A stretch of DNA of 57,991 bases from a virus (taxonomy: Duplodnaviria; Caudoviricetes): positions 1 to 57,991 of IMG/VR virus record IMGVR_UViG_3300046780_000140; one strand, 5' to 3'. Of the stretch, positions 8,832-18,106 are shown piece after piece. Under the pieces are notes generated by a model, which worked only from the letters and a program-made list of their open reading frames with translations, was not told the DNA's origin and searched no databases. The translations under genes and the position numbers were made by a program. The number at the start of each line of letters is the position of its first letter. The first letter of the stretch is position 1.

Positions 8832-9293
8832 TTGCTTTCCCCTTCATTCGTTTCCTCGGTGACTGGCTCCCACTGTCCTAACTCACGCCTGAACAAGGCC
8901 CCGTGTCCTGCGATCGACAACCTTCTTGCCTCACTCTCATTGATCAGGGGAATGACATTATGAGTCTCCTTACTTTCAATGCCCCACTGATATTCGATCA
9001 CGACTCCACCGTCCAGACGGAATCAATCTCACCAATGAAATCCTCGATGTTGGCGGCGAACATTTTCGATAACGCCGAACGTACTGCCTTCTCTGCCTCG
9101 TCCTTATTGGCGGCCACAATCTGTGACACGAACTCGACATAGACCTCGTATGCTTTCACGCTGGTGCCCCTTCGTTCAATGCGCCATCGGTTGATCCTGC
9201 GGGAGCGTCAACCGTGCAACGGAATCCCTGAAGCAAAGAATGGTCATCCGCTCCGTTCATCATGTCCGCAGTTCATCATCGGTTGCGACATTC

Positions 9294-9500
9294 TCAAATC
9301 CCCTTCCGGTACAGATGGGCGAACTCGGGTTTGACCTCAACCGTCCAGCAGCGTCGAACGACCACGCCGTCACGGCTCGCACCGTCGATGATCCCTTGTG
9401 CCTCTTCGGCACTCCCCCAGTTCGTCCACTGAGCACCGTCCGCCCAGCGGATGTCAAACGACTCGTAGGTGCGGGACTCGATGATCTGAGTGGTGGTCAC
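9294..9500 (-). CDS. Hypothetical protein (leaderless)
   Basis: GTG lies 7 nt after a -10 hexamer. Confidence 0.6.
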   Translation of the reverse strand: MTTTQIIESRTYESFDIRWADGAQWTNWGSAEEAQGIIDGASRDGVVVRRCWTVEVKPEFAHLYRKGI

Positions 9501-9507
9501 GGGACTT

Positions 9508-9545
9508 ACGATACACCCCTAGCGCCTACCCGTCAAGTCCCTATC
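9508..9545 (-). promoter_or_regulatory. sigmaA-type promoter, copy 1 of a repeated promoter
   Basis: GATAGGGAC-TTGACG-ggtaggcgctaggggtg(17)-TATCGT-7 nt-GTG. Confidence 0.8.
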
Positions 9546-9770
9546 CTTGGCGCCCATCTGGTCGCGCCGTGACCAACTGGCGTCCCGAAGGTCCACCAGG
9601 TACCGCTCCGTCAACGCTGCCATCTCGGTGTCACCGGACCATCTCCGGGCCTCTGCCCGTTCCACCGCCAGCCGTCGCGCATCACGGTCAGCCCGAACCG
9701 CACGCCACCAGCCGGCGACCGCCAACGCCACGATCACCACCGCTGCGAACCCGAGTCCGATCACCCACAC
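9519..9770 (-). CDS. Small single-TM membrane protein
   Basis: Hydrophobic N-terminus followed by basic segment. Confidence 0.55.
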   Translation of the reverse strand: MWVIGLGFAAVVIVALAVAGWWRAVRADRDARRLAVERAEARRWSGDTEMAALTERYLVDLRDASWSRRDQMGAKDRDLTGRR

Positions 9771-9780
9771 GGCACTCAGT

Positions 9781-10023
9781 TTACCCGTGGGGGGTGACGG
9801 TCATTCCTTGCAGCGGTGCGCGGCCCACCATGAACCGGAACCCGAGGACGAAGGCCCAGTAGTCAAGGGTCGCCAGTTGAGCGTTCGATGACCCGCCGAG
9901 CACCTTGCACAGATGCTTCTGACTGACACCGACACGACGGGCGAACTCGGCTTGCGAGAGTCCCTGATCGGTCAACGCCTCGCGGATATGGAAGACGAGC
10001 ACGGCGTGCGTTGACTCGTTCAC
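9781..10023 (-). CDS. XRE-family HTH DNA-binding protein
   Basis: GLSQAEFARRVGVSQKHLCKVLGG. Confidence 0.88.
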   Translation of the reverse strand: MNESTHAVLVFHIREALTDQGLSQAEFARRVGVSQKHLCKVLGGSSNAQLATLDYWAFVLGFRFMVGRAPLQGMTVTPHG

Positions 10024-10691
10024 GGCTTACATCCAGTCGTGCAGGCAAAGAGGACAAAAAGCGTCGGTCGCTTCGGCGGGCGTCATGGCACCCGGTTCGA
10101 CCTCACCTGCTACCTCGGCCAAGTTCTCTGCGTGTCCCTGCTCGACCTCATCTCGGGTAGCGAACGAATGGAAGCACTCCATGCACCGCCGATAGGTCGA
10201 GTCCGTGGTCGGCTCATCGACGTGGTGCATCCAGCAGTGGATTATCGGGCCGTCCATGTCGAGGATGGCACCGCACTCGCACGGCTGGATGTCAGACACG
10301 GTGAACCACCATCTGCATGGGCGGAATCCGCTCCCGTCGCCCGTCCGCATGGACGCGTTCGTAGCCGACACCGAAAAGCGCCACGTCGAGTCCCAACTGC
10401 TCTCGACGGCAACCGGCGCAGAGGGCCGGTCCGCCGCAGTGGTTCTTGACGCCATCGGGGTTCGGGAGGACGTGACCGTGACCGCACTTCTCGGACTCGG
10501 GGATTGCTGCCAGTACGATCGCAGCGAAATCGACGGCCGCACCGAACTCGCCAGCGGCCACCTTTGGGGCGACAGGGCGGATTCGGCCGTCCCATTTATC
10601 GTCAGGGTCGTAAGCTCCGCAACCGCCGCACGGCCCAAAGGCGAAGTCGTGACAGCACCCGATACAGCGACCGGTCGGAGGTCGGTACTTG

Positions 10692-11537
10692 TCAGGCATG
10701 GGAGCGCTCGGGCATCTCGTCCCACAGCACGCCGTCAAGCAACCGTCCGGCGGCCTTCTTGCCGACTCGGACCATAGCGCCAGGAAGGTCACCGACCTTG
10801 CACCATGGCCGGTCAGCCGGGCCAAGATCCATGAACTCTCGATGGCATGCCAACGGTAGCCATTCGCCCCACTGCTTGAAATGGAAAGGGACGCCAGCCG
10901 TTCCGCACTGGTCCCGCAGTCCCCGCGCCCAATCGGGGTGCATTGGATGAGCTTTCGCCCCCGACTCGCCGCCGCAGAGAATCCAGTTCACGCGGTCGGC
11001 ACCCAGCCACGGCGACACGTCAAGCGGCGACAGTAGCGGCTCGCACGATAGGAAGTGGACGGGCGCGGGGTTCGCCAGAAGGTGCGGGATCCGTTCGTCG
11101 GCGCACTTCTGGTTCTCCGTCGTAGTGCCAAGCCACACATTCTCGGGTGCGGTCACCCACGGCACCATCCTTGCGATGTTCTCCGGTCGCTTCGTCAGTA
11201 GCAGCCAGTCCAGCCACGGCGTCCTACCGATCAGTTCCCATAGTCGTTCCCGGTGCGGTGGCAGAGTGGGGTGAGCGTCGAACACGTCGGCCATCGATGC
11301 GCAGAAGATCCGTCGTCGGACTCCCTCGGCCTCAGCCTTCCGGTTCCATTTCAGCGGTTCATTCCAATGGGCGTCCCCGAAGAATCGTCGGTCCCCGTTC
11401 TTACCCCACACATCCAGTCCGAGCCGATGGGCGAACGTCTCCGCATAACAGGAACGGCAGGCATCGCTCACCCGAGCACATCCCCACCAGCAATTGAACG
11501 TGGAGTCACACCAGGAGATCTCGGTGCTCTCACCCAT
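10692..11537 (-). CDS. DUF5131 / phage Gp37-Gp68 family protein
   Basis: TEISWCDSTFNCWWGCARVSDACRSCYAE, FCASMADVF, LLTKRPEN, FLSCEPLL, GGESG, FHFKQWG. Confidence 0.92.
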   Translation of the reverse strand: MGESTEISWCDSTFNCWWGCARVSDACRSCYAETFAHRLGLDVWGKNGDRRFFGDAHWNEPLKWNRKAEAEGVRRRIFCASMADVFDAHPTLPPHRERLWELIGRTPWLDWLLLTKRPENIARMVPWVTAPENVWLGTTTENQKCADERIPHLLANPAPVHFLSCEPLLSPLDVSPWLGADRVNWILCGGESGAKAHPMHPDWARGLRDQCGTAGVPFHFKQWGEWLPLACHREFMDLGPADRPWCKVGDLPGAMVRVGKKAAGRLLDGVLWDEMPERSHA

Positions 11538-12103
11538 TGCGCCCGCTCACGGGACCACGCACACGATGAACTCATCAGCGTCGATTTCCTCAGCCGGTAT
11601 GCCGTGGATCGTGACCTCTACATACTCACCGCGGATCACCACCGAGCGCACGTCAACGATGACACGGACCACCTCCTGATCGGCACTATCCACCTTGGGG
11701 TCATTGCGGTACAGGCGCACGTTCACGGCTTCAGTCCACCCTTCGCAACGTATGGACCAGCGTGCAGGACGAACACGTGTGACGGCCGCGGGCATGGAAC
11801 CGGACCTTCCCCACCCATGCACCGCACACCGCCACCGTTCGTCGTGGTTCCTTGCTGCGATGGTCGAGGACGTGGATGAGTGCGCCACGGGAACGGCCCG
11901 AGAACAGGACTGGCGCGGTCATCACAGACCTTTCCGCACGGAGTAGGGGCTGTAATGACTGTTCCTGTGCGTCTGGATAGCGGTTCCAGCCGCCGCTGCC
12001 ATTATCAAAGCCGCTGCAATTCCGGCGAACAGTACCCAGGTTATGACCGTGAGTTGATGGCGTAGAACCATGACTTGCTGCGCCAGCGGAATAGTCGTGG
12101 TGG

Positions 12104-12934
12104 TCATCCGAGGTCCGGCTTGATCGTGAACGTGATCGCCTCGGCCTCAATCCCGAGGATCGTATCGGACACCGCCTCGCCATCGGGACCGAACACTGTC
12201 GGTTGGATGATCGGATCCTTCTCGACCTTAAGAACCTGCCGTACTGACATGTGTTCCTCGAGGTCGTTGCCCCTGAATGGAACCTTGTCGCAGTCGTAAC
12301 AGGTCCATTCCTCGATCACGGCACCATCGTTCCGAGGATGACGGTCCCAGTCCATGCCGCTGATCACGTCGGTGTGCCCACAGGACAGGTGCAAGGTGAC
12401 CTGCTCACCAACCACGCATGGCTGGATCGCCACCGCCTCCCGCAGAGGTCCGAGCAGGATCGACTCCTCCGTCTTGATCGCGGCCGGCGCTTCCGTGCGC
12501 GCCCAAGCAACAGCCGCCGCCTTGTCTACGACCACCACTTTCGCCTTGTGATGTGTCGATGCGATGGCGCCACCAGGCAGGTAGAGCGTCTTGGCCTGCT
12601 CGGTGCGCTGAGAGGCCGCGTAGTGCGTCAGGTGCCCTTCGAAGAATGCTCGGGTACGTTCGGCGCGTTTACCGGCCTGCGCCCGCCAGGCGTCGATACG
12701 GGCATGGGACTCAGCCGCGTGGGCATCCAGCCGTGCCAGCTCCTGCGATGCCTCGCTGAACTTCGACATGGCCCAGTCCGCTTCACCCAGCGACCCGATC
12801 CGCCACGACCCCGCCCCCATCAGTGCGAGCCGACTGAGAATCCCCGTTTCCCTGCCATCCGCTATCGCTTCCAGTTCGTCGTCTGCGAGCGGGGCAGGCT
12901 CAAAAGACAGGGGAAGGTCCGGTGCCGCGCTCAC
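12104..12934 (-). CDS. Mu Gam-like host-nuclease inhibitor family protein
   Basis: ADWAMSK coiled coil, IDAW, FFEGHLTHY, KTLYLPGGAI; Cys-containing insertion near C-terminus. Confidence 0.72.
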   Translation of the reverse strand: MSAAPDLPLSFEPAPLADDELEAIADGRETGILSRLALMGAGSWRIGSLGEADWAMSKFSEASQELARLDAHAAESHARIDAWRAQAGKRAERTRAFFEGHLTHYAASQRTEQAKTLYLPGGAIASTHHKAKVVVVDKAAAVAWARTEAPAAIKTEESILLGPLREAVAIQPCVVGEQVTLHLSCGHTDVISGMDWDRHPRNDGAVIEEWTCYDCDKVPFRGNDLEEHMSVRQVLKVEKDPIIQPTVFGPDGEAVSDTILGIEAEAITFTIKPDLG

Positions 12935-13173
12935 GGCTTGACCGCCAGAAGATGAGCCGCACGCTCAGGGGAGACGCGCTGATTCAACAACCATTGGGCG
13001 ATATAGGCAGGAGCCCACGGTTGAAGATGCTCAGCGTTCCGCGGTGCGAATGGACCCGCATCCTTGTTGATCCGCATGATGCCATCATGCTCCCATGCCG
13101 GTTTACCGCAGTCATTACAAGAGTCGATCCGCTGTCCAATCCAAGCGAAACCCTGACACTCTGATTCGCTCAC
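12931..13173 (-). CDS. Hypothetical protein
   Basis: CQGFAWIGQ..SCNDCGKPAWEH; overlapping start/stop with neighbours. Confidence 0.6.
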   Translation of the reverse strand: MSESECQGFAWIGQRIDSCNDCGKPAWEHDGIMRINKDAGPFAPRNAEHLQPWAPAYIAQWLLNQRVSPERAAHLLAVKP

Positions 13174-13463
13174 GGCTTGACCTCTCGTAGTACCTCAATC
13201 CACGGACATCCCTCGTCGTGTGGTTCCGTGTCGCAGTTGGTGTAGTTGCCGCACCAGTCGCAGGTAATCAGGCAGAGCGGAGCGCCCACCGTCGTGGTGT
13301 TCAGTCGTTGCAACAGGGAGCGGTACCGCTCGACCTCGGCAATCAACTTCGGCAGAGACATGACCGCGGCATAAGCGATGTTTCGGGCATCACCATCGAC
13401 AGGAGTTTGAGCCCACCTGTCATGCATCGGCTTGATCGGTTCAAGATCCAAAGGCTCGCTCAC
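13170..13463 (-). CDS. Hypothetical protein
   Basis: LPKLIAEVERYR plus CxxC...H..GC motif; GTGA coupling. Confidence 0.6.
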   Translation of the reverse strand: MSEPLDLEPIKPMHDRWAQTPVDGDARNIAYAAVMSLPKLIAEVERYRSLLQRLNTTTVGAPLCLITCDWCGNYTNCDTEPHDEGCPWIEVLREVKP

Positions 13464-14200
13464 TTCCCCACCTTCACTGCGATCTTAGTCGTCCCCAACG
13501 GTAAGGCATCGAGGGGAATTGTGACCGTCCTATCCCCCTCGACCAAAGGTGTCAGTCGGGTCTTGAGCGGTTGATCGTCAGAGTCCCATGCTTGCACTGT
13601 GACGGTGTGCGGCTCGGCCGCCGACGGCTCGGGGCCGTCCTCAGGACACCAGACTTTAGAACACCCGACACTACTGGCGACATCGAGCGGCGGATGATCC
13701 TTCGGACGCACACAACCGACAGGCCAGTACGGCGGGTACGTGTGCTTGCCGCAACGCTCTGGTTCCGGTCGAGGGATAGCGACGGTGGCACAGGAGCGAC
13801 TTATTCGACCGTGTTCCGATGGGATGGGATCGTGATAGGTGCCCGGCTCTATGGGCTTGCGGCAACGGTGGCAGTACCGCTCGACCTCGGGGTCTAGAGA
13901 GGGGAGATCTGGTCCTAGATCAGAGACGGCTCGCAGAAGCCGCGACACCACAGCAGCAACGGGTGGACGTGGCATCTCCCTGGCGCTCTCAATCAGCAGC
14001 GCATCGAAGTCTTCGGCTGACAGTTCGATCCGGTAGGTGGGGGCAGGAGTGTCGGCCTCCCACGCTGCAACAGCATGCTCGATCATCAGCGCTCGTTGCT
14101 GTTGGCTATACCCTTCGGACAATGACATCATCTCAAGGATCGTTTCCTTGCGACTCGGCTTCGGCGGTGGGTCCACTCGGACACATCGGATCTCGGTCAT
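13460..14200 (-). CDS. Hypothetical protein (Cys/His clusters)
   Basis: Translationally coupled ORF. Confidence 0.55.
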   Translation of the reverse strand: MTEIRCVRVDPPPKPSRKETILEMMSLSEGYSQQQRALMIEHAVAAWEADTPAPTYRIELSAEDFDALLIESAREMPRPPVAAVVSRLLRAVSDLGPDLPSLDPEVERYCHRCRKPIEPGTYHDPIPSEHGRISRSCATVAIPRPEPERCGKHTYPPYWPVGCVRPKDHPPLDVASSVGCSKVWCPEDGPEPSAAEPHTVTVQAWDSDDQPLKTRLTPLVEGDRTVTIPLDALPLGTTKIAVKVGK

Positions 14201-14550
14201 CGCATGAACCAGTGAACGATGGCACCCATGACGAGAGCGACCACGCCTTCATTCAGTTGATCAAAGAGCCTCGCTTTGATGAACGCGACGAGACTCTGAC
14301 CTTTCTCCGGCTCCTTGTGATACATAAACAGACCCACAAAGAGCGCCAGTCCGAAGGCGGTCCACACGGCAAGGCGGGGTGTGCCTGGCAGTGCGAGAGG
14401 AACGAACCAGTTCCAGATCGTTTTGACCACGAACCCTTGCCACAAGGCCAGTGGGAACGCGGTGACAACCATGAGCAGGAACGCCCTCAGTGTGTCGCCG
14501 GTCTTCTGATCGGACTGCGCCTGACGCAAACGGTCGGTTCTGGTCGCCAT
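14197..14550 (-). CDS. Membrane protein
   Basis: About three hydrophobic segments, IWNWFVP. Confidence 0.65.
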   Translation of the reverse strand: MATRTDRLRQAQSDQKTGDTLRAFLLMVVTAFPLALWQGFVVKTIWNWFVPLALPGTPRLAVWTAFGLALFVGLFMYHKEPEKGQSLVAFIKARLFDQLNEGVVALVMGAIVHWFMR

Positions 14551-14817
14551 CTACTTGCTCGACTGACGGAGTGCACCGATGATGACCGCCAGCAGAAATC
14601 CGACCGGGGCGCAGGTCCAGAAACCGGGCGTGTGACCGCTCACCCGGAAATGCACCGCCCCTGCGACCAGCATGAGAATCCACGTCCATGCGGCCGTGCC
14701 AAAGGCGAAGATCAGGATGAGCAGGGCTACGAGGCCGACAATCGCTGCGGCAGTCGTGCCAACGCTGCTCTTACCAGCAGTCATCGCACTGGTACGGTGG
14801 TAAATCGAACGGGCCAT
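14551..14817 (-). CDS. Membrane protein
   Basis: Two to three hydrophobic segments. Confidence 0.6.
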   Translation of the reverse strand: MARSIYHRTSAMTAGKSSVGTTAAAIVGLVALLILIFAFGTAAWTWILMLVAGAVHFRVSGHTPGFWTCAPVGFLLAVIIGALRQSSK

Positions 14818-14915
14818 TAGCCATCCCCTTCTATCCGTGGTGGAGCAGCCAGCCAGCGTCCACCGAAGGGGTTGAGGCGGAACGCCGACTGGCCGCTACT
14901 GGGTTACAACACCAG

Positions 14916-14945
14916 ATCCTACCACGACTGCTAGGGGGCTAGCAA
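14916..14945 (-). promoter_or_regulatory. Putative promoter
   Basis: TTGCTA-18 nt-TAGGAT with TGn extension; spacer carries the CCCCTAGC motif. Confidence 0.5.
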
Positions 14946-14954
14946 GCCTTCGAT

Positions 14955-15515
14955 TTACGGGGTTCCCGCCGGCAACTGGATGGATGGGACGGTGGCCACC
15001 ACGCACGCGATGAACGCTTGCATCGTCAGACCGTGCTTGTCGGCACAGAACCCGATAGCGATGTTCGTGACCTCGATCTGCTGAAGCGCGCCAGTGGTCC
15101 GGGAAATCCCGTCGTCGTAACAGGTGTGGACCTCAGGCGGTTTCGACCCGGCACCCGGAACATCAGGGGTGGCACACTCGTTGAACGCCGACTGGAACAT
15201 CGCCACCCGAGCCAGGATGGTGCGGTTATCAGCGGACTGCTGACGTTGCGATGCCTGACCGAGTAGCAACAGAACGACAGCGAGGATCAGGAACGGGAAT
15301 ACCACGCAGTCAGCGACTAGTCGCCATTTCACGATCCGTTTCGTGTCCCCCACCACGATCGCCACGTTCTCGACGGCGACACCGACGCCGGACATGCTCG
15401 TTGCCGCCTGTACCAAGGACGCTGCGATCCCACCGAACCCAGCATCGCCTGCCGCCTCGGCCCGGTCGTGCGCTTCCCCTTCAGTCGGGTCACTTCCCGT
15501 TGACTGATCCGCCAC
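14955..15515 (-). CDS. Membrane protein (lysis-cluster-like)
   Basis: Central TM segment and Cys-containing C-terminal domain. Confidence 0.55.
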   Translation of the reverse strand: MADQSTGSDPTEGEAHDRAEAAGDAGFGGIAASLVQAATSMSGVGVAVENVAIVVGDTKRIVKWRLVADCVVFPFLILAVVLLLLGQASQRQQSADNRTILARVAMFQSAFNECATPDVPGAGSKPPEVHTCYDDGISRTTGALQQIEVTNIAIGFCADKHGLTMQAFIACVVATVPSIQLPAGTP

Positions 15516-15690
15516 CCTGAATCCTCACCTTCCGTTCCAACTGCTCGGCTTTCACCTGCGCTGCTTGCAGGTCCGCCACCGACCTTCCGATGTCCACAAC
15601 CGCTTTCTGTACCGCCGCCCGAAGATCTTTCACCGCCGAATCCCTCGCCGCCTTATCCTCCGATGGGGTACGCCGCGACCATCGCGTCAT
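15490..15690 (-). CDS. Small coiled-coil protein
   Basis: MTRWSRRTPSEDK...; start overlaps stop of holin-like gene. Confidence 0.5.
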   Translation of the reverse strand: MTRWSRRTPSEDKAARDSAVKDLRAAVQKAVVDIGRSVADLQAAQVKAEQLERKVRIQGGGSVNGK

Positions 15691-16007
15691 CAGGACCGTC
15701 CCTTCGACCGGTCGTGGATCACGGCCAGGTCCGCAAGCGCCGACTGCATGGTGTCCGCCATCTTCGTACCCGCCGCCGCCATTTGCGAACCGGCCGCCGC
15801 CTGCGCCGACATCGCCACCGCCACCGACGACAGGAGAGGCATCACCTCTTTCAGCAAGGCTTCCGTCTGATCCTTCGAGTCCTTGCGGAGCGAGTCGATC
15901 GTGGACATCAACCATTTCAGGACCCCACCGATCACCCCCGCCAACCCCACCACCACCGCGCCGATCGCGTACGGGGAGTTCGTCACATCGGCTAGGAGCC
16001 CGTGCAC
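15690..16007 (-). CDS. Holin-like or lysis-associated membrane protein
   Basis: Single N-terminal TM followed by coiled coil. Confidence 0.5.
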   Translation of the reverse strand: MHGLLADVTNSPYAIGAVVVGLAGVIGGVLKWLMSTIDSLRKDSKDQTEALLKEVMPLLSSVAVAMSAQAAAGSQMAAAGTKMADTMQSALADLAVIHDRSKGRS

Positions 16008-16027
16008 CTGTCAGGCCCATCTCACGC

Positions 16028-16390
16028 TCACGGCGTGCCGCAGGCTTTGTCCACTGTCTTGACGCCACCAAGGAAGTACCCGATGTACTGCTCGAAGCAG
16101 CGCAGTTCCAAGGTATGTTGGGCCTCGGCGTCCGCTTTCGCCTGCGCCTCCATCACTTTCGTGGCGGACTCCGACCGTTGCGCCGACTGAGCGTAGGATC
16201 GGGTCGCGACCACGCATCCGACCCCGATGATCAGCGCAAGAACCAGGGCTGCTACCGCCAAGGCAAACGGCCATCGTCGGGTCTTGCTTGGTGGGGTGGG
16301 AACAGGTTGCATCCGGTCGGCTATCGTCGCCAACCCCGCGGTGACCTGATCCAGCACCGCCAAAAGGGTTACAAGGTCGGACGAGGTCAT
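16028..16390 (-). CDS. Membrane protein
   Basis: RRWPFALAVAALVLALIIGVGC TM segment. Confidence 0.55.
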   Translation of the reverse strand: MTSSDLVTLLAVLDQVTAGLATIADRMQPVPTPPSKTRRWPFALAVAALVLALIIGVGCVVATRSYAQSAQRSESATKVMEAQAKADAEAQHTLELRCFEQYIGYFLGGVKTVDKACGTP

Positions 16391-16789
16391 GGGTCACGCC
16401 CGCCATCGTAGGCTTCACGCCAGCACGAAAACGTGACCCGCCTAGAACGGCACCAACCGACCGACCACCTCGAGCGGTTCACCATCACGCATCGGGAACC
16501 TTCGGGAGCCCTGCCCAGAACTCTGTGGCCTCATCCCTGCCATCCAACCGACCTTTGGCGTAGCAGAACCCGCCGGCTATCCCGCTTCCGGTGGTGAACC
16601 CTGCGAGCCACCAGATGACATGGGGGACGGACCATCCGGTCACCGGACTCGCCCCGTGGTGGACGGCGTGGGTTCAGCCGCATCTGTTGACTTCACGCCT
16701 AACAGTTTCCCACAGCCGACCGGGGACTAGTCGCATTTCGCGATAGTCAAACCTCCCGAATCTGGCGGTACTTCCGTCCTAGTCGACCG

Positions 16790-17137
16790 TCAAAAACGTG
16801 TGGAGTTGAGTCCCAATTGGACGGCCTTACTCGTGTTCGTGTCCCACGTCCCAGTCACGGCGCAGGCGAACCCAATGCTAGCGAGGTAGTGCTGCAACTT
16901 GGTGGCGTTCGTGTTCGCCCGACCGGGCCACAACCAGTTGGCGCTGTCCGTGTAGTGCGGCGCCCCGATCTCCACCTCTGTGTTCGTGGAAGTGAGATGT
17001 CCGTAGCTCCCATCTTGGACGAGGGTGGGAGTGATGCCTCTGTGATTCAGGAGCCATTGCAGGGCCTTAGTGCTGAGGACTCCGAATGAGCCATCAACCG
17101 TCAGCGGACAAAAAGGATTTCCATCAGAACCGACCAT
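16790..17137 (-). CDS. Stand-alone peptidoglycan-binding domain protein
   Basis: LTVDGSFGVLSTKALQWLLN, LVQDGSYG, VTGTWDTNTSKAVQ (PG_binding_1-like repeats); TATTAT 6 nt upstream suggests leaderless start. Confidence 0.7.
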   Translation of the reverse strand: MVGSDGNPFCPLTVDGSFGVLSTKALQWLLNHRGITPTLVQDGSYGHLTSTNTEVEIGAPHYTDSANWLWPGRANTNATKLQHYLASIGFACAVTGTWDTNTSKAVQLGLNSTRF

Positions 17138-17151
17138 ATCATCATAATATT

Positions 17152-17188
17152 ACTTAGAGTGGCATCCGTTGTGGATGCCACTCTAAGT
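17152..17188 (-). terminator. Perfect 16-bp hairpin closing the pentamer array
   Basis: ACTTAGAGTGGCATCC-gttgt-GGATGCCACTCTAAGT, followed on the minus strand by an AT-rich tail. Confidence 0.8.
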
Positions 17189-17363
17189 CTCCCTACCTTG
17201 CCTTGCCACACCGGACCACACCGAACCGGGCCAAAGCCCACCTATTCACACCCCACCTTGGCGTACCGTGCCGAACCGGACCATGCCATACCAACACCGT
17301 GCCGCTCCACACCTCACCAAACCTTGGCACGCCACACCAAACCTAACCTCTCCGAACCACACC
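17188..17363 (-). ncRNA. GGY-NN pentamer array (putative guide RNA, VIPR vrRNA-like)
   Basis: 35 phased 5-nt units (28 GGY, 3 GGA, 4 other G-initial) with variable dinucleotides; one 1-nt phase shift at 17293; starts 14 nt after the stop of the RAMP-like gene. Confidence 0.85.
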
Positions 17364-17377
17364 GCAAGAACCACACT

Positions 17378-18106
17378 TTAGACTTCCTCGAACTTCACGC
17401 AATGAAACCGCCCATAGGTCGGTCGGAAGTCGGCCAGTCCCACGAACTTGCCCGCTTGATTTACCACGTCCAGCAGCACCGGAGGCGGGATGTACTCGGG
17501 CGAGTTGATGAGCAGGTCGAACTCAGCACGCCACCCCGCCAAGAACGCTGGGCGGGTACGGGTGATCCCGGCCCGCTGGACGGTGACATGCCGCTGATCC
17601 AGATAGTCCCAGTCGGCCTTTCCGAGACTGGCGACCTCCGTGAGCGGGATGATCGCAGCCTTGAACAGATCAATGGCCGACTTGCGCGGCGACCTCGGAT
17701 CCTGCCTATACCGACCAGCGTTCACGATCGCCATCCGCAGGTACTCGCCAGGGATGCCGATGGTCCCGTCGTCGCAGCGATAAACGTAGGACTCCACGTT
17801 GTCGGATTTCTTGGCGGCGCTTCCCTTTGCAGCGGCGGCCTTCTCGGCAACCGCCTCGACGGACCAGCGGTGGAACAGGATCGCCGCGGTGCCCTCCAAT
17901 GTCACCCGAGCGATGTAGGGGGCGGTCGGGTCGATGTCCCACTCGGCGTCGTTCGTCGGCGCGTCACCACCGATGGCTGTCGCAGTGCCGTTTGGATGTG
18001 CCCGCTCAAAGGCTGCCTGGATATCAGCGGGGATACGTCCTCGGCTGGAGACTTCGTGTCCGTTGGCGTTCGCCCATGCCCGGACATCTTGTGTACCCTT
18101 AGCCAT
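17378..18106 (-). CDS. Lsr2-like DNA-binding domain fused to RAMP/Cas7-like domain (Vipr-like)
   Basis: N-term VRAWANANGHEVSSRGRIPADIQAAF (Lsr2 C-terminal domain); C-term VTLEGTAAILFH, GTIGIPGEYLRMAI, RTRPAF..WRAEF, Gly-rich AGKFVGLADFRPTYGRF; GAAGGA RBS before ATG 18106. Confidence 0.75.
   Translation of the reverse strand: MAKGTQDVRAWANANGHEVSSRGRIPADIQAAFERAHPNGTATAIGGDAPTNDAEWDIDPTAPYIARVTLEGTAAILFHRWSVEAVAEKAAAAKGSAAKKSDNVESYVYRCDDGTIGIPGEYLRMAIVNAGRYRQDPRSPRKSAIDLFKAAIIPLTEVASLGKADWDYLDQRHVTVQRAGITRTRPAFLAGWRAEFDLLINSPEYIPPPVLLDVVNQAGKFVGLADFRPTYGRFHCVKFEEV

Noticed and set aside
17188-17257. Reading NN as the first two codon bases gives GVYGFPSVPVKK, resembling a RAMP-like motif
   Set aside because: The reverse-complement reading gives an equally plausible peptide; cannot be told from chance without a database search
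17188-17363. CRISPR array or simple microsatellite
   Set aside because: No 23-47 bp repeats with spacers and no cas1/cas2; units vary at fixed positions instead of being identical
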